DNA of 17,219 nucleotides, from positions 1-17,219 of the forward strand of contig CAWJIE010000009.1 in the NCBI GenBank assembly GCA_963842885.1. The letters run 5' to 3'. Below are positions 16,624-17,219 of this stretch, one piece after another (the first letter of the stretch is position 1; each line of letters opens with the position of its first letter). The notes under the pieces were generated by a model. That model worked only from the letters and a program-made list of their open reading frames with translations, was not told where the DNA came from and did not search any database. Origin of the DNA: an uncultured Nitrososphaerota archaeon (GTDB lineage: Archaea > Thermoproteota > Nitrososphaeria > Conexivisphaerales > DTJL01). The translations under genes were made by a program, and so were the position numbers.

Positions 16624-16699
16624 GCTGCGGTGGTGTAGCCCGGATAAGCATAGCGGCCTTTCGAGCCGCTGATCGCGGGTCCAAATCCCGCCCGCAGCA
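16624..16699 (+). tRNA. tRNA-Glu (anticodon TTC), intronless, CCA not encoded
   Basis: Acceptor stem GCTGCGG/CCGCAGC. Anticodon arm GCGGC-CT-TTC-GA-GCCGC with TTC at 16660-16662. T arm GCGGG-TCCAAAT-CCCGC. TTTAAA box at 16591-16596. Confidence 0.95.
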
Positions 16700-16740
16700 C
16701 TAGCACTTCAGGTCTAGTGCCCTTACTGCCGAGAAAGTCC

Positions 16741-16750
16741 GCTTATAAGC
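16741..16750 (+). promoter_or_regulatory. Palindromic TATA-like box upstream of the integrase
   Basis: GCTTATAAGC is a perfect 10-bp palindrome 21-30 nt before ATG 16771. Confidence 0.55.
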
Positions 16751-16770
16751 AAACCCGCACGGTATGTGTC

Positions 16771-17219
16771 ATGCCCGTCAGGACAGACATCCACAGGTAC
16801 TCGGCGCGCCTTGAAGTAGCATTACGAGGCCTGGAGAAAGCATCGATACCGGTTGAAGACAAGCTGTCGATCAGGGAATTCAGCGAGGTGCTGAGGTCAG
16901 AGGGCCTGAACCTCGGGCGCGTAGCCAAGTACGTCTATCACATGAAGACCGTCGCGGGGAAGCTGAGCGAATCGGGCACGACTCTGAACGGCGCCGATCC
17001 AAGCTCCCTGAAGGGCTTCATGCGATGGGTCAACGAATCTGGCGTCTACAGGCCTTACACCAAGAGGGATTTCATCGTCGTAATGAAACGCTTCTACCAG
17101 TGGCTCAGGGCGCCCCCGGACGAGTATTCGAGCTGGCGAAAGAAGCACACCTACCCGCCGGAGGTGGACGACTTCTCATCCACCATCAAGCTGAACGAGA
17201 GGGTGCTGCCCGACGACCT
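16771..17219 (+). CDS. Tyrosine recombinase/integrase, N-terminal part (runs off the right edge)
   Basis: Not in the ORF track. Hand translation MPVRTDIHRYSARLE...EGLNLGRVAKYVYHMK...YRPYTKRDFIVVMKRFYQWL...YPPEV...VLPDD resembles archaeal integrase N-terminal domains. It starts 71 nt after a tRNA. Catalytic residues lie outside the window. Confidence 0.8.
   Translation, partial: MPVRTDIHRYSARLEVALRGLEKASIPVEDKLSIREFSEVLRSEGLNLGRVAKYVYHMKTVAGKLSESGTTLNGADPSSLKGFMRWVNESGVYRPYTKRDFIVVMKRFYQWLRAPPDEYSSWRKKHTYPPEVDDFSSTIKLNERVLPDD

Larger units (their letters stand above)
16700..17219. mobile_element. Probable left end of an element integrated at tRNA-Glu
   Basis: An integrase immediately downstream of a tRNA 3' end. 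The second att copy is not visible in the window. Confidence 0.55.

Overview
GC-rich archaeal DNA. TATA-like boxes, an A-type ATP synthase subunit K, archaeal-type TatA/NuoH/NuoL and a tRNA without encoded CCA point to Nitrososphaerota or a relative, though the lineage is inferred. The first ~1.8 kb is a decaying accessory patch: ArsR regulator, truncated SRPBCC gene, DUF1801 gene, broken VOC gene and a startless membrane-protein remnant. A bioenergetic cluster follows: orphan atpK, an AtpZ/AtpI-like small membrane protein, tatA, tatC with a C-terminal zinc ribbon, a geranylgeranyl-reductase-like flavoprotein, the operon nuoA-H-J-K-M-L-M-N and a prenyl diphosphate synthase. The right end holds a candidate structured ncRNA, a Cys-rich HTH regulator, a hypothetical gene, tRNA-Glu(TTC) and the start of a tyrosine integrase. 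The main oddity is the complex I-like operon. It encodes only membrane subunits (no nuoB/C/D/I/E/F/G), has two NuoM, a NuoL lateral helix extended by a 26-aa repeat, and a NuoJ with a 67-residue internal duplication. Several +1 frameshifts between 3.7 and 9.0 kb are probably sequencing errors.
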